Below, piece after piece: positions 30,635 to 40,291 of a stretch of 64,000 bases of DNA. Within the stretch, counting starts at the first letter, position 1, and each line of letters starts with the position of its first letter. A program made the position numbers and the translations under genes. The notes under the pieces were generated by a model. That model did no database searches. It was not told where the DNA came from and worked only from the letters and a program-made list of their open reading frames with translations. Location: positions 1,962,503 to 2,026,502 of the forward strand of contig OZ220716.1 of NCBI GenBank assembly GCA_965116795.1, in the 5' to 3' direction. The DNA comes from Gammaproteobacteria bacterium (GTDB lineage: Bacteria; Pseudomonadota; Gammaproteobacteria; JAJFKG01).

Positions 30635-31573
30635 ATGAGTTGGTTTAAAAAATTATTGCCATCAAAAATACGTACAGAAGCAGGTGCCAAGAAAGGTATT
30701 CCTGAAGGCATTTGGACTCGTTGTAATGGTTGTCAGGCAGTATTGTATCGTGCTGAGTTAGAACGTCATGTTGGTGTTTGCCCAAAGTGTCAGCATCATA
30801 TGCGTTTGCGTGCGCGTGAGCGCATTAACTATTTTCTCGATTCAGAACAGCGTGAAGAAATTGCTGCCAAATTAGAAGCAGAAGATCGGCTTAAATTTAA
30901 AGATTCTAAAAAATATAAAGATCGTATTAATGCCGCACAAAAACAAACAAAAGAAAAAGAAGCGTTAGTCGCTTATAAAGGTCATTTGCATGGTATGCCT
31001 ATTGTTGTTTGTGTGTTTGATTTTGCGTTTTTAGGTGGTTCTATGGGTGCTGCTGTTGGAGAGCGCTTTGTGCAAGCAGCTAATATTAGTGCTGAGCAAG
31101 GTTGTCCTTTTATTTGTTTTTCAGCCAGTGGCGGTGCCAGAATGCAGGAAGGATTATTTTCATTGATGCAAATGGCTAAAACCAGTGCCGCATTAACCAA
31201 ATTAGCACATCAGCGAATCCCCTTTATTTCAGTATTAACTGATCCAACAATGGGTGGTGTATCTGCCAGTTTAGCAATGTTGGGTGATGTGATTATCGCT
31301 GAGCCAAATGCGTTAATTGGATTTACCGGCCCTCGCGTGATTGCACAAACAGTTAGGGAAGTATTGCCTGATGGTTTTCAACGCAGTGAATTTTTACTGA
31401 ATCATGGTGCAATTGATTTAATCATGGATAGGCGTGATATGCGTCACCGAATTGGTGGCTTGCTGGCAAAACTTATACGCAAAGAATTAGATTATTGTGT
31501 ATTGCCATCACAAGCAACCGATTCAACTGGCTCAGAAAATAGTAATCATTCGGCTATGGGTAATGAGCAATAA
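30635..31573 (+). CDS. accD: acetyl-CoA carboxylase carboxyltransferase beta subunit
   Basis: Zn-finger Cxx[27 protein letters not shown]. Confidence 0.98.
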   Translation: MSWFKKLLPSKIRTEAGAKKGIPEGIWTRCNGCQAVLYRAELERHVGVCPKCQHHMRLRARERINYFLDSEQREEIAAKLEAEDRLKFKDSKKYKDRINAAQKQTKEKEALVAYKGHLHGMPIVVCVFDFAFLGGSMGAAVGERFVQAANISAEQGCPFICFSASGGARMQEGLFSLMQMAKTSAALTKLAHQRIPFISVLTDPTMGGVSASLAMLGDVIIAEPNALIGFTGPRVIAQTVREVLPDGFQRSEFLLNHGAIDLIMDRRDMRHRIGGLLAKLIRKELDYCVLPSQATDSTGSENSNHSAMGNEQ

Positions 31574-31647
31574 TATTAAGTCAATAATTTCATTCTATAA
31601 AACACTGTCGATAAACTCGCAACTCGAAAAAGGCGAAGGGCATATTT

Positions 31648-32916
31648 ATGAAAACCCTTGATGAGTGGTTGACATGGATCAATAAGCAACATCCAGTGGC
31701 AATGGATTTAGGGTTGGACCGAATCAAAAAAGTGGCTAATCACTTAGGGATCACTTCTTTTTCAATACCTGTTATTACTGTAACTGGAACCAATGGTAAG
31801 GGGTCGTGTGTTGCGTTGTTACAAGCCATTTTAAGTGAGGCAGGTTATCAAGTTGGTGCTTATACATCACCGCATTTATTGCGTTTTAATGAACGCATTT
31901 GTATTAATGGACATGCTATTGACGATAAGCAGTTAATTAACCTATTTTCTTGCGTTGATAAGGCTAGTCAACAAACATGTAGTTTGACCTATTTTGAATA
32001 TACGACGTTAGTGGCATTATTGCATTTTCAGCAATCTAATCTAGATGTCATCTTATTAGAAGTTGGTCTTGGTGGCCGCTTAGATGCGGTTAATATAATA
32101 GATGCTGATGTCAGTGTGATAACCAGTATTGCACTAGATCATATGCAGTGGTTAGGCAACAATCGTGAAGCAATTGCCAAAGAAAAATCAGGTATAATGC
32201 GGCCTCATAAACCGATTATTTGTGGTGATGAGGATATGCCTAATACCATTTATCAACAAGCAACGGCATTATCTGCCCCATTATATTGCCAAGGAAATGA
32301 ATTTTCATATTCAGTGTCTGAAAATAGCTGGAATTGGCAAAGCACATTAGCCAGTTATACTAACTTGCCATTACCACAATTAGCATTACAGAATGCATCA
32401 ACTGTGTTAATGGCATTAACATGTCTACGTGAGCAGTTACCGGTGTCTATTACTAATATTCATCATGGGCTGCAACGTGCTTTTTTGCCAGGGCGTTGTC
32501 AATGTATTCCTGGAAACGTTGATCATTACATTGATGTTGCACACAACTCAGCAGCTAGTACTCAATTGGCTGCACGACTACAATATCAGTCAGTTAGCGG
32601 TAAAACTTACGCAGTTGTTGGGATGTTAGCAGACAAGGCAATTACTAACATATTACTACCACTACAGCCTTATATTGATGAATGGTATGTTAGTCAGATT
32701 AATACAACACCTAGAGGTGCTAGCGGTAATATGATTAGGCAAAAATTAGCAGAAATAGGGATTACTAATGTCCATGCAACTGATACATTAGCCACAGCGT
32801 ACCAACAAGCTAGAGCACGTACATTAACATCTGACAGGATTGTTATTATGGGTTCATTTCATACAGTTGCAGCAGTATGGCCAATCATCCAAACAGCAGA
32901 GGCAGTATGTGACTAA
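31648..32916 (+). CDS. folC: bifunctional folylpolyglutamate/dihydrofolate synthase
   Basis: TGTNGKGS, YTSPHL, EVGLGGRLDA, DVAHN. Confidence 0.97.
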   Translation: MKTLDEWLTWINKQHPVAMDLGLDRIKKVANHLGITSFSIPVITVTGTNGKGSCVALLQAILSEAGYQVGAYTSPHLLRFNERICINGHAIDDKQLINLFSCVDKASQQTCSLTYFEYTTLVALLHFQQSNLDVILLEVGLGGRLDAVNIIDADVSVITSIALDHMQWLGNNREAIAKEKSGIMRPHKPIICGDEDMPNTIYQQATALSAPLYCQGNEFSYSVSENSWNWQSTLASYTNLPLPQLALQNASTVLMALTCLREQLPVSITNIHHGLQRAFLPGRCQCIPGNVDHYIDVAHNSAASTQLAARLQYQSVSGKTYAVVGMLADKAITNILLPLQPYIDEWYVSQINTTPRGASGNMIRQKLAEIGITNVHATDTLATAYQQARARTLTSDRIVIMGSFHTVAAVWPIIQTAEAVCD

Positions 32917-33451
32917 ACGTAAACAATATATAGCGTTATTAATATTGGTATTAATTGCATTAATAATGTTATTTTATCCAACGCTACAGTTCAATAATCA
33001 ATATGCACAAGTCAGTCATCATATGAGTTTTCCTAAAGCGCCTCATGTTACTGTTCAATTTTCTCCATTTAGTTTAAATCAATTTGATAATAACAAAATG
33101 CATAGTGTGGTTAGTACCCAAGGATATAAGTATACTGTTATTAGTATTCGTGAAAATACACCTTTATTGAAACATTTTGTAAAAATATCTACTTGGGTTG
33201 TGCAAATTGGTGATTTTAACTTGCAAAAAAATGCAGTTGAATTAACTAACATTTTGCAAAAGAAGGATTTTCCCGCATTTATTTTGGCAACAACCAATAA
33301 AGATGGACAGCGTAGTTGGCATGTATCGGTTGGACCAGTATTAGAAAAATCACAAGCACAGTCTATGCTAGAATCCATTAAGCAACAGTTAGATATAAAA
33401 GGTATGATTTTGCCATATCAAGTTGATCAAAAAACACCACAACACACATAA
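32909..33451 (+). CDS. dedD: SPOR-domain cell division protein (DedD-like)
   Basis: N-terminal TM, C-terminal WVVQIG.F...NA and V.VGP; folC-dedD-cvpA synteny; GTG start. Confidence 0.75.
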   Translation: MTKRKQYIALLILVLIALIMLFYPTLQFNNQYAQVSHHMSFPKAPHVTVQFSPFSLNQFDNNKMHSVVSTQGYKYTVISIRENTPLLKHFVKISTWVVQIGDFNLQKNAVELTNILQKKDFPAFILATTNKDGQRSWHVSVGPVLEKSQAQSMLESIKQQLDIKGMILPYQVDQKTPQHT

Positions 33452-33462
33452 ACTCATGAGGA

Positions 33463-34026
33463 ATGCTTATGTTAAGTTATTTTACTATTGTTGATTACAT
33501 GATTGCATTTATTATCATTTTATCAGTAATCATTAGTTTAATTCGTGGATTTGTGCGTGAAGCATTATCATTAGCAACTTGGGGATTGGCATTGTGGGTT
33601 ACCTTTATATTTGCTGACAGGTTAAGTAACAAACTAGTACCCTATGTTTCTGCACCAGTGCTACGTATGGGAGCCAGCATTGCCGTATTATTTTTAGTAA
33701 CATTAGCAATTGGTATTATGTGCAGTTACTTTTTAACTAAATTAGTTAATAAGAGTGGTCTAAGTGGTACTGATCGTTTGGTTGGCACCGTTTTTGGTGC
33801 AAGTAGAGGGGTGTTAATTGTTGGTTTGGCTGTGCTAGGTCTAGGATTAACGCCAATTACGCAAACAACTGCGTGGCAAACATCTATGCTGGTTCCTTAT
33901 TTTGAACCAATGGCTTCTTGGTTTACTAACGATTTGCCAGAGTATATGCGCCAACGTAGTGAGCAACAGTCAGCATCAACACAAGATCATACTGTAGACA
34001 ACACTGATGAAATATTAACTTATTAG
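33463..34026 (+). CDS. cvpA: CvpA-family membrane protein
   Basis: RGFVREALSL, GLSGTDRL.G..FG..RG. Confidence 0.95.
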   Translation: MLMLSYFTIVDYMIAFIIILSVIISLIRGFVREALSLATWGLALWVTFIFADRLSNKLVPYVSAPVLRMGASIAVLFLVTLAIGIMCSYFLTKLVNKSGLSGTDRLVGTVFGASRGVLIVGLAVLGLGLTPITQTTAWQTSMLVPYFEPMASWFTNDLPEYMRQRSEQQSASTQDHTVDNTDEILTY

Positions 34027-34034
34027 AGGTAATT

Positions 34035-35552
34035 ATGTGTGGATTGGTTGGTGAAGTTATTAGCTCACAGAATTTAGTCAATCAAGATTTATTTGATGCA
34101 TTAACTGCGTTGCAACATCGTGGTCAGGAAGCAGCTGGTATAGTTACTTGCGATAACGATCGTTTTTTTCTGCGCAAATCGAATGGATTAGTGCGTGATG
34201 TAATCCATACACGGCATATGTTGGAATTAACCGGTAATATGGGGATTGCTCATGTACGTTACCCAACTGCTGGTAGTGATAGTAAAGATGAGGCGCAGCC
34301 ATTCTATGTTAATTCACCTTATGGGATCACATTAGCACATAATGGTAATATTACTAATGCAGTTGCTTTGCGTCAAGAACTGCGTAATGCTAATCGTCGT
34401 CATTTAAATACTGATTCTGACTCGGAATTAATCCTCAACGTATTGGCACATGGCCTGCAACAAGCTAGTCATACTACCTTTGATGAAAAGGCGGTCTTTA
34501 ATGCAGTAACTGAGGTTTATCAACGTTGTGTGGGTGGCTATGCTATTGTTGCGATGATTGCAGGGCAAGGAATTGTTGGTTTTCGTGATCCATACGGTAT
34601 TCGTCCAATTGTATACGGTAAGCGTGAAACAGTGCAGGGGACTGATTACATGATCGCCTCTGAAAGTGTTGCCTTAGATGCACTTGGTTTTCAATTAATT
34701 GATGATATTGCACCAGGTGAGGCAGTGTGGATTACACGAACAGGCCAGTTAATTAGAAAGCAATGTATTAAACCTATCACACATACTCCATGTTTGTTTG
34801 AATATATTTATTTTGCTAGACCGGATTCTATTATAGATAAAAGTTTGGTATATAAAGTGCGATTGCGTATGGGTGAGAAATTGGCTGAAAAAATTAAAAT
34901 GTTACGCCCAGATCATGATATTAATGTAGTGATGCCAATTCCGGATACCAGCCGTCCAACAGCACAAGCATTAGCAAGTGCCTTACAGTTAAAATATCGC
35001 GAAGGATTTATTAAAAATCGCTATATTGGTCGCACATTTATTATGCCAGGGCAGCATGTCCGGCGAAAATCAGTTAAGCAAAAATTAAATCCCATTCCAC
35101 TTGAATTTAAAGATAAAAATGTATTACTTGTCGATGATTCAATTGTGCGAGGTACTACTTGTCGAGAGATCGTACAAATGGCACGCATAGCTGGGGCTAA
35201 AAAAGTATATGTAGCATCAGCTGCACCTGAAATTCGTTATCCAAATGTGTACGGAATTGACATGCCTAGCGTGACTGAACTAGTTGCCCATGGAAAGAAT
35301 AATGATGAAATTTGTCAAACAATTGGGGCAGATTGGTTAATTTATCAAGACCTGCACGTTATTATTGATGCTGCACGTGAGGGTAATCCGTCGATTAAAG
35401 AGTATGAAACATCGGTGTTTACCGGTGATTATATTACGGGCGATATTGATGAAATGTATATGCAACAATTAGCGGCAACACGTGTAGACAGTAATCGTTT
35501 TGCAGTTCAAACAGCTACTATGGAAAATATTGATATCCATAACCAGGAGTAA
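34035..35552 (+). CDS. purF: amidophosphoribosyltransferase
   Basis: MCG N-terminus, QHRGQ, HNGN, VDDSIVRGTT, YGIDM. Confidence 0.98.
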   Translation: MCGLVGEVISSQNLVNQDLFDALTALQHRGQEAAGIVTCDNDRFFLRKSNGLVRDVIHTRHMLELTGNMGIAHVRYPTAGSDSKDEAQPFYVNSPYGITLAHNGNITNAVALRQELRNANRRHLNTDSDSELILNVLAHGLQQASHTTFDEKAVFNAVTEVYQRCVGGYAIVAMIAGQGIVGFRDPYGIRPIVYGKRETVQGTDYMIASESVALDALGFQLIDDIAPGEAVWITRTGQLIRKQCIKPITHTPCLFEYIYFARPDSIIDKSLVYKVRLRMGEKLAEKIKMLRPDHDINVVMPIPDTSRPTAQALASALQLKYREGFIKNRYIGRTFIMPGQHVRRKSVKQKLNPIPLEFKDKNVLLVDDSIVRGTTCREIVQMARIAGAKKVYVASAAPEIRYPNVYGIDMPSVTELVAHGKNNDEICQTIGADWLIYQDLHVIIDAAREGNPSIKEYETSVFTGDYITGDIDEMYMQQLAATRVDSNRFAVQTATMENIDIHNQE

Positions 35553-35651
35553 CTACTGGCGCTATTTAACCTAAAATCCGCAGTTGAATTGGTCTGCGAA
35601 GACTTATTGCATAGATTCTCAAGCCGACTTTTAGGATTTTTGTACTCACCG

Positions 35652-36200
35652 TTAAGATATATGATTATTGATATTAGCTGACCATGTTGCCCAAGCAGCA
35701 TCCGGCTTGCATTCTGCTTTAAAACGGTGGGTTCGTTTGATATTTTTTAATTGCTGCCCAGCGCTATAGCCTTCAATGGTTACTGGTACATAGACAGGCG
35801 CTTTAGCCCAGCCAGCAGAAGGTTTGTGTGGAATAGAGACTATCCATTCTGGATTGTAAATTGGGTCAAGGCCGCTGCTAGTTGGTGCTTTTAGTTTAAA
35901 TCGAATATGGTAGATCCCTTTTTTGTCAGTATAATTTTGTAAAGTGAGGAATGCATTAGCTAATTTGCTATTGCGTGATGCTAATGTATTTTGTGGCGGC
36001 CAACTATCATTTTTACAAAAATACACTAATGATAATGCCACAGCAGAGGCAACTTCTGTTTGATGTGCATCGAGTAATTTTGCACTTCTAGCTTGAGGTG
36101 TATCGGATGCGTAACGAGATCCTGACATAGCACAAGCCACCAATAATAATGATGTGATCAATAAACAAACATATTGAAGCAAATGTGATAATACTCTCAT
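35652..36200 (-). CDS. hypothetical lipoprotein
   Basis: Hydrophobic N-terminus with LVAC lipobox; GAGG RBS. Confidence 0.65.
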   Translation of the reverse strand: MRVLSHLLQYVCLLITSLLLVACAMSGSRYASDTPQARSAKLLDAHQTEVASAVALSLVYFCKNDSWPPQNTLASRNSKLANAFLTLQNYTDKKGIYHIRFKLKAPTSSGLDPIYNPEWIVSIPHKPSAGWAKAPVYVPVTIEGYSAGQQLKNIKRTHRFKAECKPDAAWATWSANINNHIS

Positions 36201-36408
36201 TTATCATACCCTCAAGTAAGTAACTTTATGTTTTAAAACATAATCAGTGAAAGAATGCTTGTCAAGTAATCATTGTTATTTATTTGATATTGTAGCAATT
36301 ATTGTTTTTGTAAGGTAAAGCTGCAGTGAGGAAGTTGTACTTATTGGTACAAAATTATCGGCTATACTTGCTGTTACTGCAAATTAGAAGTGTGTTATGG
36401 GATCAGAA

Positions 36409-36558
36409 ATGAAAGTAATTAATTATGTTATTGGATTAATTTGTATATTGTTACTTGGCTATGCAACGGCAAACGGTAATCAACAAAACCATAGTGATAT
36501 GGCCTCAAAAAATAATACATTTGTTTCATATTATCATGCAATTGATCAAGATGATTAA
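36409..36558 (+). CDS. small signal-peptide-bearing protein (49 aa)
   Basis: MKVINYVIGLICILLLGYATA followed by polar tail; below the ORF-track cutoff. Confidence 0.4.
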   Translation: MKVINYVIGLICILLLGYATANGNQQNHSDMASKNNTFVSYYHAIDQDD

Positions 36559-36583
36559 AAAATTAATTTGTTGCTAAAGCAAT

Positions 36584-36765
36584 TATAGCTTTTCAGAAAA
36601 ATAAATTAGATTTTAGCATTCAGATTGAGTTTAGATAGTCGGGTTTCGATTGAAAAAAAGCAGAAGAATAGTTGGGCTATTTTGAGCATTTTTTGAATGA
36701 GCAACGCGGCTAGGTGAGCGTAAGATGAAATGATACAATCCAATTTATTTTTCTGAAAAGCTATA
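36584..36765. mobile_element. 182-bp MITE with long terminal inverted repeats
   Basis: TATAGCTTTTCAGAAAAATAAATTAGATT versus AATCCAATTTATTTTTCTGAAAAGCTATA (28/29 complementary), TA ends, no ORF. Confidence 0.85.
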
Positions 36766-36833
36766 GTTAATGACTAAATTATAACTTGCTTTTAGTCCAT
36801 ATTTTAGTAACAATCTAAGGCCATTTATTTTAT

Positions 36834-37396
36834 GTAGTTAGGTGGGATGGGAAAACACCCTCGCCTTCAGGCGAACACTTCAGTACAATTACGAAATGGA
36901 ATACAAGCATGGCTCCCACAGCATCTACAATTTGAAATATCACGTGATATTTTGCACAAAATATCGGTATCGAGTTTTGACAGGAGAGGTTGGAAATAGA
37001 GCAAGAGAATTGATCAGAGAAATATGTCGTTCAAATTACGTTGACATAGTTAGTGGAAGTATGAGTCCAGATCATGTTCACTTGCTGCTATTCATTCCAC
37101 CAAATCTGTCGTTGTCAAAGCTGATGCAATATATCAAGGGTAAAAGTGGTAGAAAGTTATTGCAAGAATTTACTCATTTGAAGAAACGGTATTGGGGACA
37201 ACACATGTGGGCAAGAGGTTATTTTGCAGTAACGGTTGGCAATGTAAATGAAGCAGATATGCAGGCATACATCGAAGATCAAGAAGCGCATCACAAAGAA
37301 GATAATTTCAAGATCTCAGAGCACTGATGCTTTAGCTGTATAATCTGCTTTACAAGCGTATTATCAAGCCACCGGCTTCAGCCGGTTGTAATTGAC
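36834..37396 (+). mobile_element. IS200/IS605-family element (tnpA only), 563 bp, copy 2
   Basis: Follows TTTAT (36829-36833), begins GTAGTTAGG, ends GTAATTGAC; same as copy 1. Confidence 0.95.
36896..37327 (+). CDS. tnpA: Y1 (HUH) transposase TnpA
   Basis: Identical protein to the 25.4-kb copy. Confidence 0.96.
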   Translation: MEYKHGSHSIYNLKYHVIFCTKYRYRVLTGEVGNRARELIREICRSNYVDIVSGSMSPDHVHLLLFIPPNLSLSKLMQYIKGKSGRKLLQEFTHLKKRYWGQHMWARGYFAVTVGNVNEADMQAYIEDQEAHHKEDNFKISEH

Positions 37397-37412
37397 AGTA
37401 AATAGTAAAAAG

Positions 37413-38090
37413 ATGGCTAATAGAACAACTATTTCAACAAAACAATATTGGCTGCAACCTGATGAACTTAATCGGCGCCTATATTGGTTATTTGGCTTTG
37501 GTATTATTGGCATACTAGTCAGCTTAAGTTTATTCTATTGCTGGAATGACATACAGATCGTCCAAACCATATCTCACTGGAAATGGGTTGAGACACATCG
37601 TCACTTATTAAAGATGTTATCTGCCTGGGGCATGTACGTCTTTTATCTAATATTTGCTTGTATTATTTTATATACTACGTATCATCATTTACAGTGGCCA
37701 CGTCGAGTTGCATTAGGTTGGTTATGGGCAGAATTGTTTGGTGCGGGTTTATTTGTTTCATTCATTAAATATCTAACTGGTCGGGCTAGACCAAGTAAAG
37801 CATTGGATTTAGGTGGCATTGATCAATGGATAGGGGCTGTTTGGCAGCCTGCATATCATTCTTTTCCATCTGGACATACTGCAGATTTATTTGTTAGTGC
37901 CACATTTATTGTATTATTACTACGGTCACGCTGCTTAGGTATATTAGCTTGGATTCTCGCATTAGCGGTAGCATTATCACGAATTGCACTTGCTCGGCAT
38001 TATTTAAGTGATGTATTAGTAGGTGCTATTATTGCTGGTGTATTTATTCTATTAGTTACCAAGTTCTGGCTTTATCAATCAAAGCCATAA
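37413..38090 (+). CDS. PAP2-family membrane phosphatase
   Basis: K...GRARP, SFPSGH, SRI....HY.SDV motifs. Confidence 0.92.
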   Translation: MANRTTISTKQYWLQPDELNRRLYWLFGFGIIGILVSLSLFYCWNDIQIVQTISHWKWVETHRHLLKMLSAWGMYVFYLIFACIILYTTYHHLQWPRRVALGWLWAELFGAGLFVSFIKYLTGRARPSKALDLGGIDQWIGAVWQPAYHSFPSGHTADLFVSATFIVLLLRSRCLGILAWILALAVALSRIALARHYLSDVLVGAIIAGVFILLVTKFWLYQSKP

Positions 38091-38216
38091 GTTACAAAAC
38101 AATTAGGTGGTATCATTGCACCTAATTTCTCTATCAGTACTATTTTAAGGATACCCCTTCTGGTACTGCTGCTAAACAGCTAAAGTAATCAGTGATGCTA
38201 GAAAATGAGTATATTA

Positions 38217-38423
38217 TTAAAATTTATCCCATAATTTTGCATCAGTAGCATTAGTTACGGTTTGATCACGCAATTGATCAATGCGTTGATATTTTTTAAG
38301 AACAGCTAGTTGCGAATCAGATAGCTGAGGATAATTGGCATTGTATTCTGCTAAGAATGTATCAACTTCACTGACATAGGTTCGACGTAGCTTGCGTGTA
38401 AATAATTTACGAATGATGCCCAT
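38217..38423 (-). CDS. small conserved protein, CBU_0585/DUF3460-like
   Basis: YVSE.D.FL......P..S.SQ.....KY.RI..LRD and W..F terminus; AAGGAGG RBS. Confidence 0.7.
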   Translation of the reverse strand: MGIIRKLFTRKLRRTYVSEVDTFLAEYNANYPQLSDSQLAVLKKYQRIDQLRDQTVTNATDAKLWDKF

Positions 38424-38491
38424 ATTGCCTCCTTAGCAAATAAATTGATAAGGGTATTTTAACGGGTTTAGTCAGTAAACACTATAGCTTA

Positions 38492-39970
38492 TTACTTAGC
38501 TGGTGGGGTTAACGCTCTAATTTGTGCTTGAATTACTAACCGTTGTTCATTACTCAACTTTGGTAATTGTAATGCAATGTGCAATTGACGTAGTGCAGCT
38601 ACTTGATCACCTATCAACAAAAAGGCCTTCACTTGGCTTTGATAAGCATTGGCTAATTGATGATTTGCTGCTTGTACTCTAGCAAGTATCACATATAGCA
38701 ATGGGTAATTTGGAAATTGAGTTAATTGATCACGCAAGTAACTAATAGCTTGTAAGTAACGTTTTGATTTCTCCAATGCAACCGCATAGGTAACTACCAT
38801 TGGGTAATGATCTGGATTTAATGCTAATGCTGGCTTTAATAATATAATTGCTTGTTCAGGTTTTGTAGAGGCTATATAAGCTTGCGCTAAGCTCACCAAG
38901 TAAATCGGATTATCTGGATCAGTATTTAATAGCGTTTTTAGTTTTTGTTTACCTTTCGCAAATTGTCGCGCATCAATTAAAGCTAATGCATAACCATATT
39001 CCAGGGCTGTTTTTTCAATAGTATCATGGCTCTTTTGCAATTTTTTTGTATAGTAATCAAATAATGTTTTAGCTGTGTTTGTGCTAGCAATCCGGACACG
39101 TTCACGTATTAATGCATAACGTAAAGTCAACTTATTAGGAGGATTAGTAACTTGGTCAGTGCGGTTAGTTAAATCGGCAATGCGATCTGAGGTCAGTGGA
39201 TGATCGCTTAAAAACCCAGGAAAATCACCATAATAACGAACGTTATTTTGTAGCTTTACAAAGAAATCAACCATGCTGTGTGGGTTATAGCCTGCTTGTT
39301 GCAAGATCTGTACGCCAATACGATCAGCGGCCTGTTCTTGGCTGCGTTGCATTTTTAACGTATTGGCAGCACTACCAGCAGCAGTTGCTGCAAATACACC
39401 ATTACCAACACTAGCGTTTTGAGTGGCGGCAGCAAGTGCCGCTAACATCAACGCAATAATAGCCGGTGTGGTTTTTTTTGCGTGTGCGTAGCCCGCAGCA
39501 AAATCATGCTGAGTGACATGAGCAATTTCATGCGCAAGCACGCTCGCTAATTCATCTTCATAATCGGTTGCTAAGATTAAAGCAGTGGTAAGTGCAATGT
39601 TGCCATCAGGGCCTGCCATTGCATTAATAATGGGTGAAACAATGGTAAAAAATGCAAAATGTAACCCATGACTATAACGCGTACTTCCCACTAAGCGGAA
39701 TCCTAAATCATGGATGTAACTGTCAATTAATGGATCGTCTATCACCGTAAATCGTTGGTATAAACCGCGTAAAAATTCATTGGCATAATGACGTTGTTCG
39801 GCCTTAGATAAATAGCTAGCATTAGGATCGCCAAGATTAGGTAGCTGACTATCAGCGTATAGGGGTGATGTGATTAGTGTTGTTATCAAGATAACAATGA
39901 TTTGTATTGTCCAGTAGCACGCATTGTGCTTTCTCAATACGGTTTGTAATGGTCGACTTGTGTATTTCAT
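38492..39970 (-). CDS. bepA: M48 metalloprotease/chaperone with TPRs (BepA/YfgC-like); start uncertain
   Basis: LPNLG, INA.A.P.G, HEIAH, EQAADR.G, FLSDHP; near a PerM-like gene. Confidence 0.85.
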   Translation of the reverse strand: MKYTSRPLQTVLRKHNACYWTIQIIVILITTLITSPLYADSQLPNLGDPNASYLSKAEQRHYANEFLRGLYQRFTVIDDPLIDSYIHDLGFRLVGSTRYSHGLHFAFFTIVSPIINAMAGPDGNIALTTALILATDYEDELASVLAHEIAHVTQHDFAAGYAHAKKTTPAIIALMLAALAAATQNASVGNGVFAATAAGSAANTLKMQRSQEQAADRIGVQILQQAGYNPHSMVDFFVKLQNNVRYYGDFPGFLSDHPLTSDRIADLTNRTDQVTNPPNKLTLRYALIRERVRIASTNTAKTLFDYYTKKLQKSHDTIEKTALEYGYALALIDARQFAKGKQKLKTLLNTDPDNPIYLVSLAQAYIASTKPEQAIILLKPALALNPDHYPMVVTYAVALEKSKRYLQAISYLRDQLTQFPNYPLLYVILARVQAANHQLANAYQSQVKAFLLIGDQVAALRQLHIALQLPKLSNEQRLVIQAQIRALTPPAK

Positions 39971-40089
39971 GAGGCAAAATTGTAATACGTTGTATGCATA
40001 AACTAACGCCATGTTTAACTTTATCTAAGAGGCCAAATAAATTCGCTCTTAAAAACAACTTAATAGAAACCTCTGCGCGTTGAGGCGTT

Positions 40090-40121
40090 ATCCCAGAAGC
40101 CGTGGAACGGCTATCTGGGAT
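40090..40121. repeat. REP-like hairpin
   Basis: ATCCCAGA-AGCCG-TGGAA-CGGCT-A-TCTGGGAT. Confidence 0.55.
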
Positions 40122-40291
40122 CTGAATAATCAAATAGTTATACTATTACATAGAAAGTCGAACATCACGTTAAACTAGACAGATTCGTTTATTTTTTGCT
40201 CATTTATACTGCTTGAATTGTGATATAATTCGGCCAATTTTGCTAATTGTGTTGCTAACTGATTAACCTAACTGAGTAGTAAAAAATATAT

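Noticed and set aside
37392-37425. Hybrid promoter from TTGACA created at the IS right junction
   Set aside because: No good -10 at 16-18 bp spacing, and it would fall inside the PAP2 coding region.
40013-40291. FMN riboswitch upstream of ribBA
   Set aside because: No RFN core motifs visible; only a REP-like hairpin.
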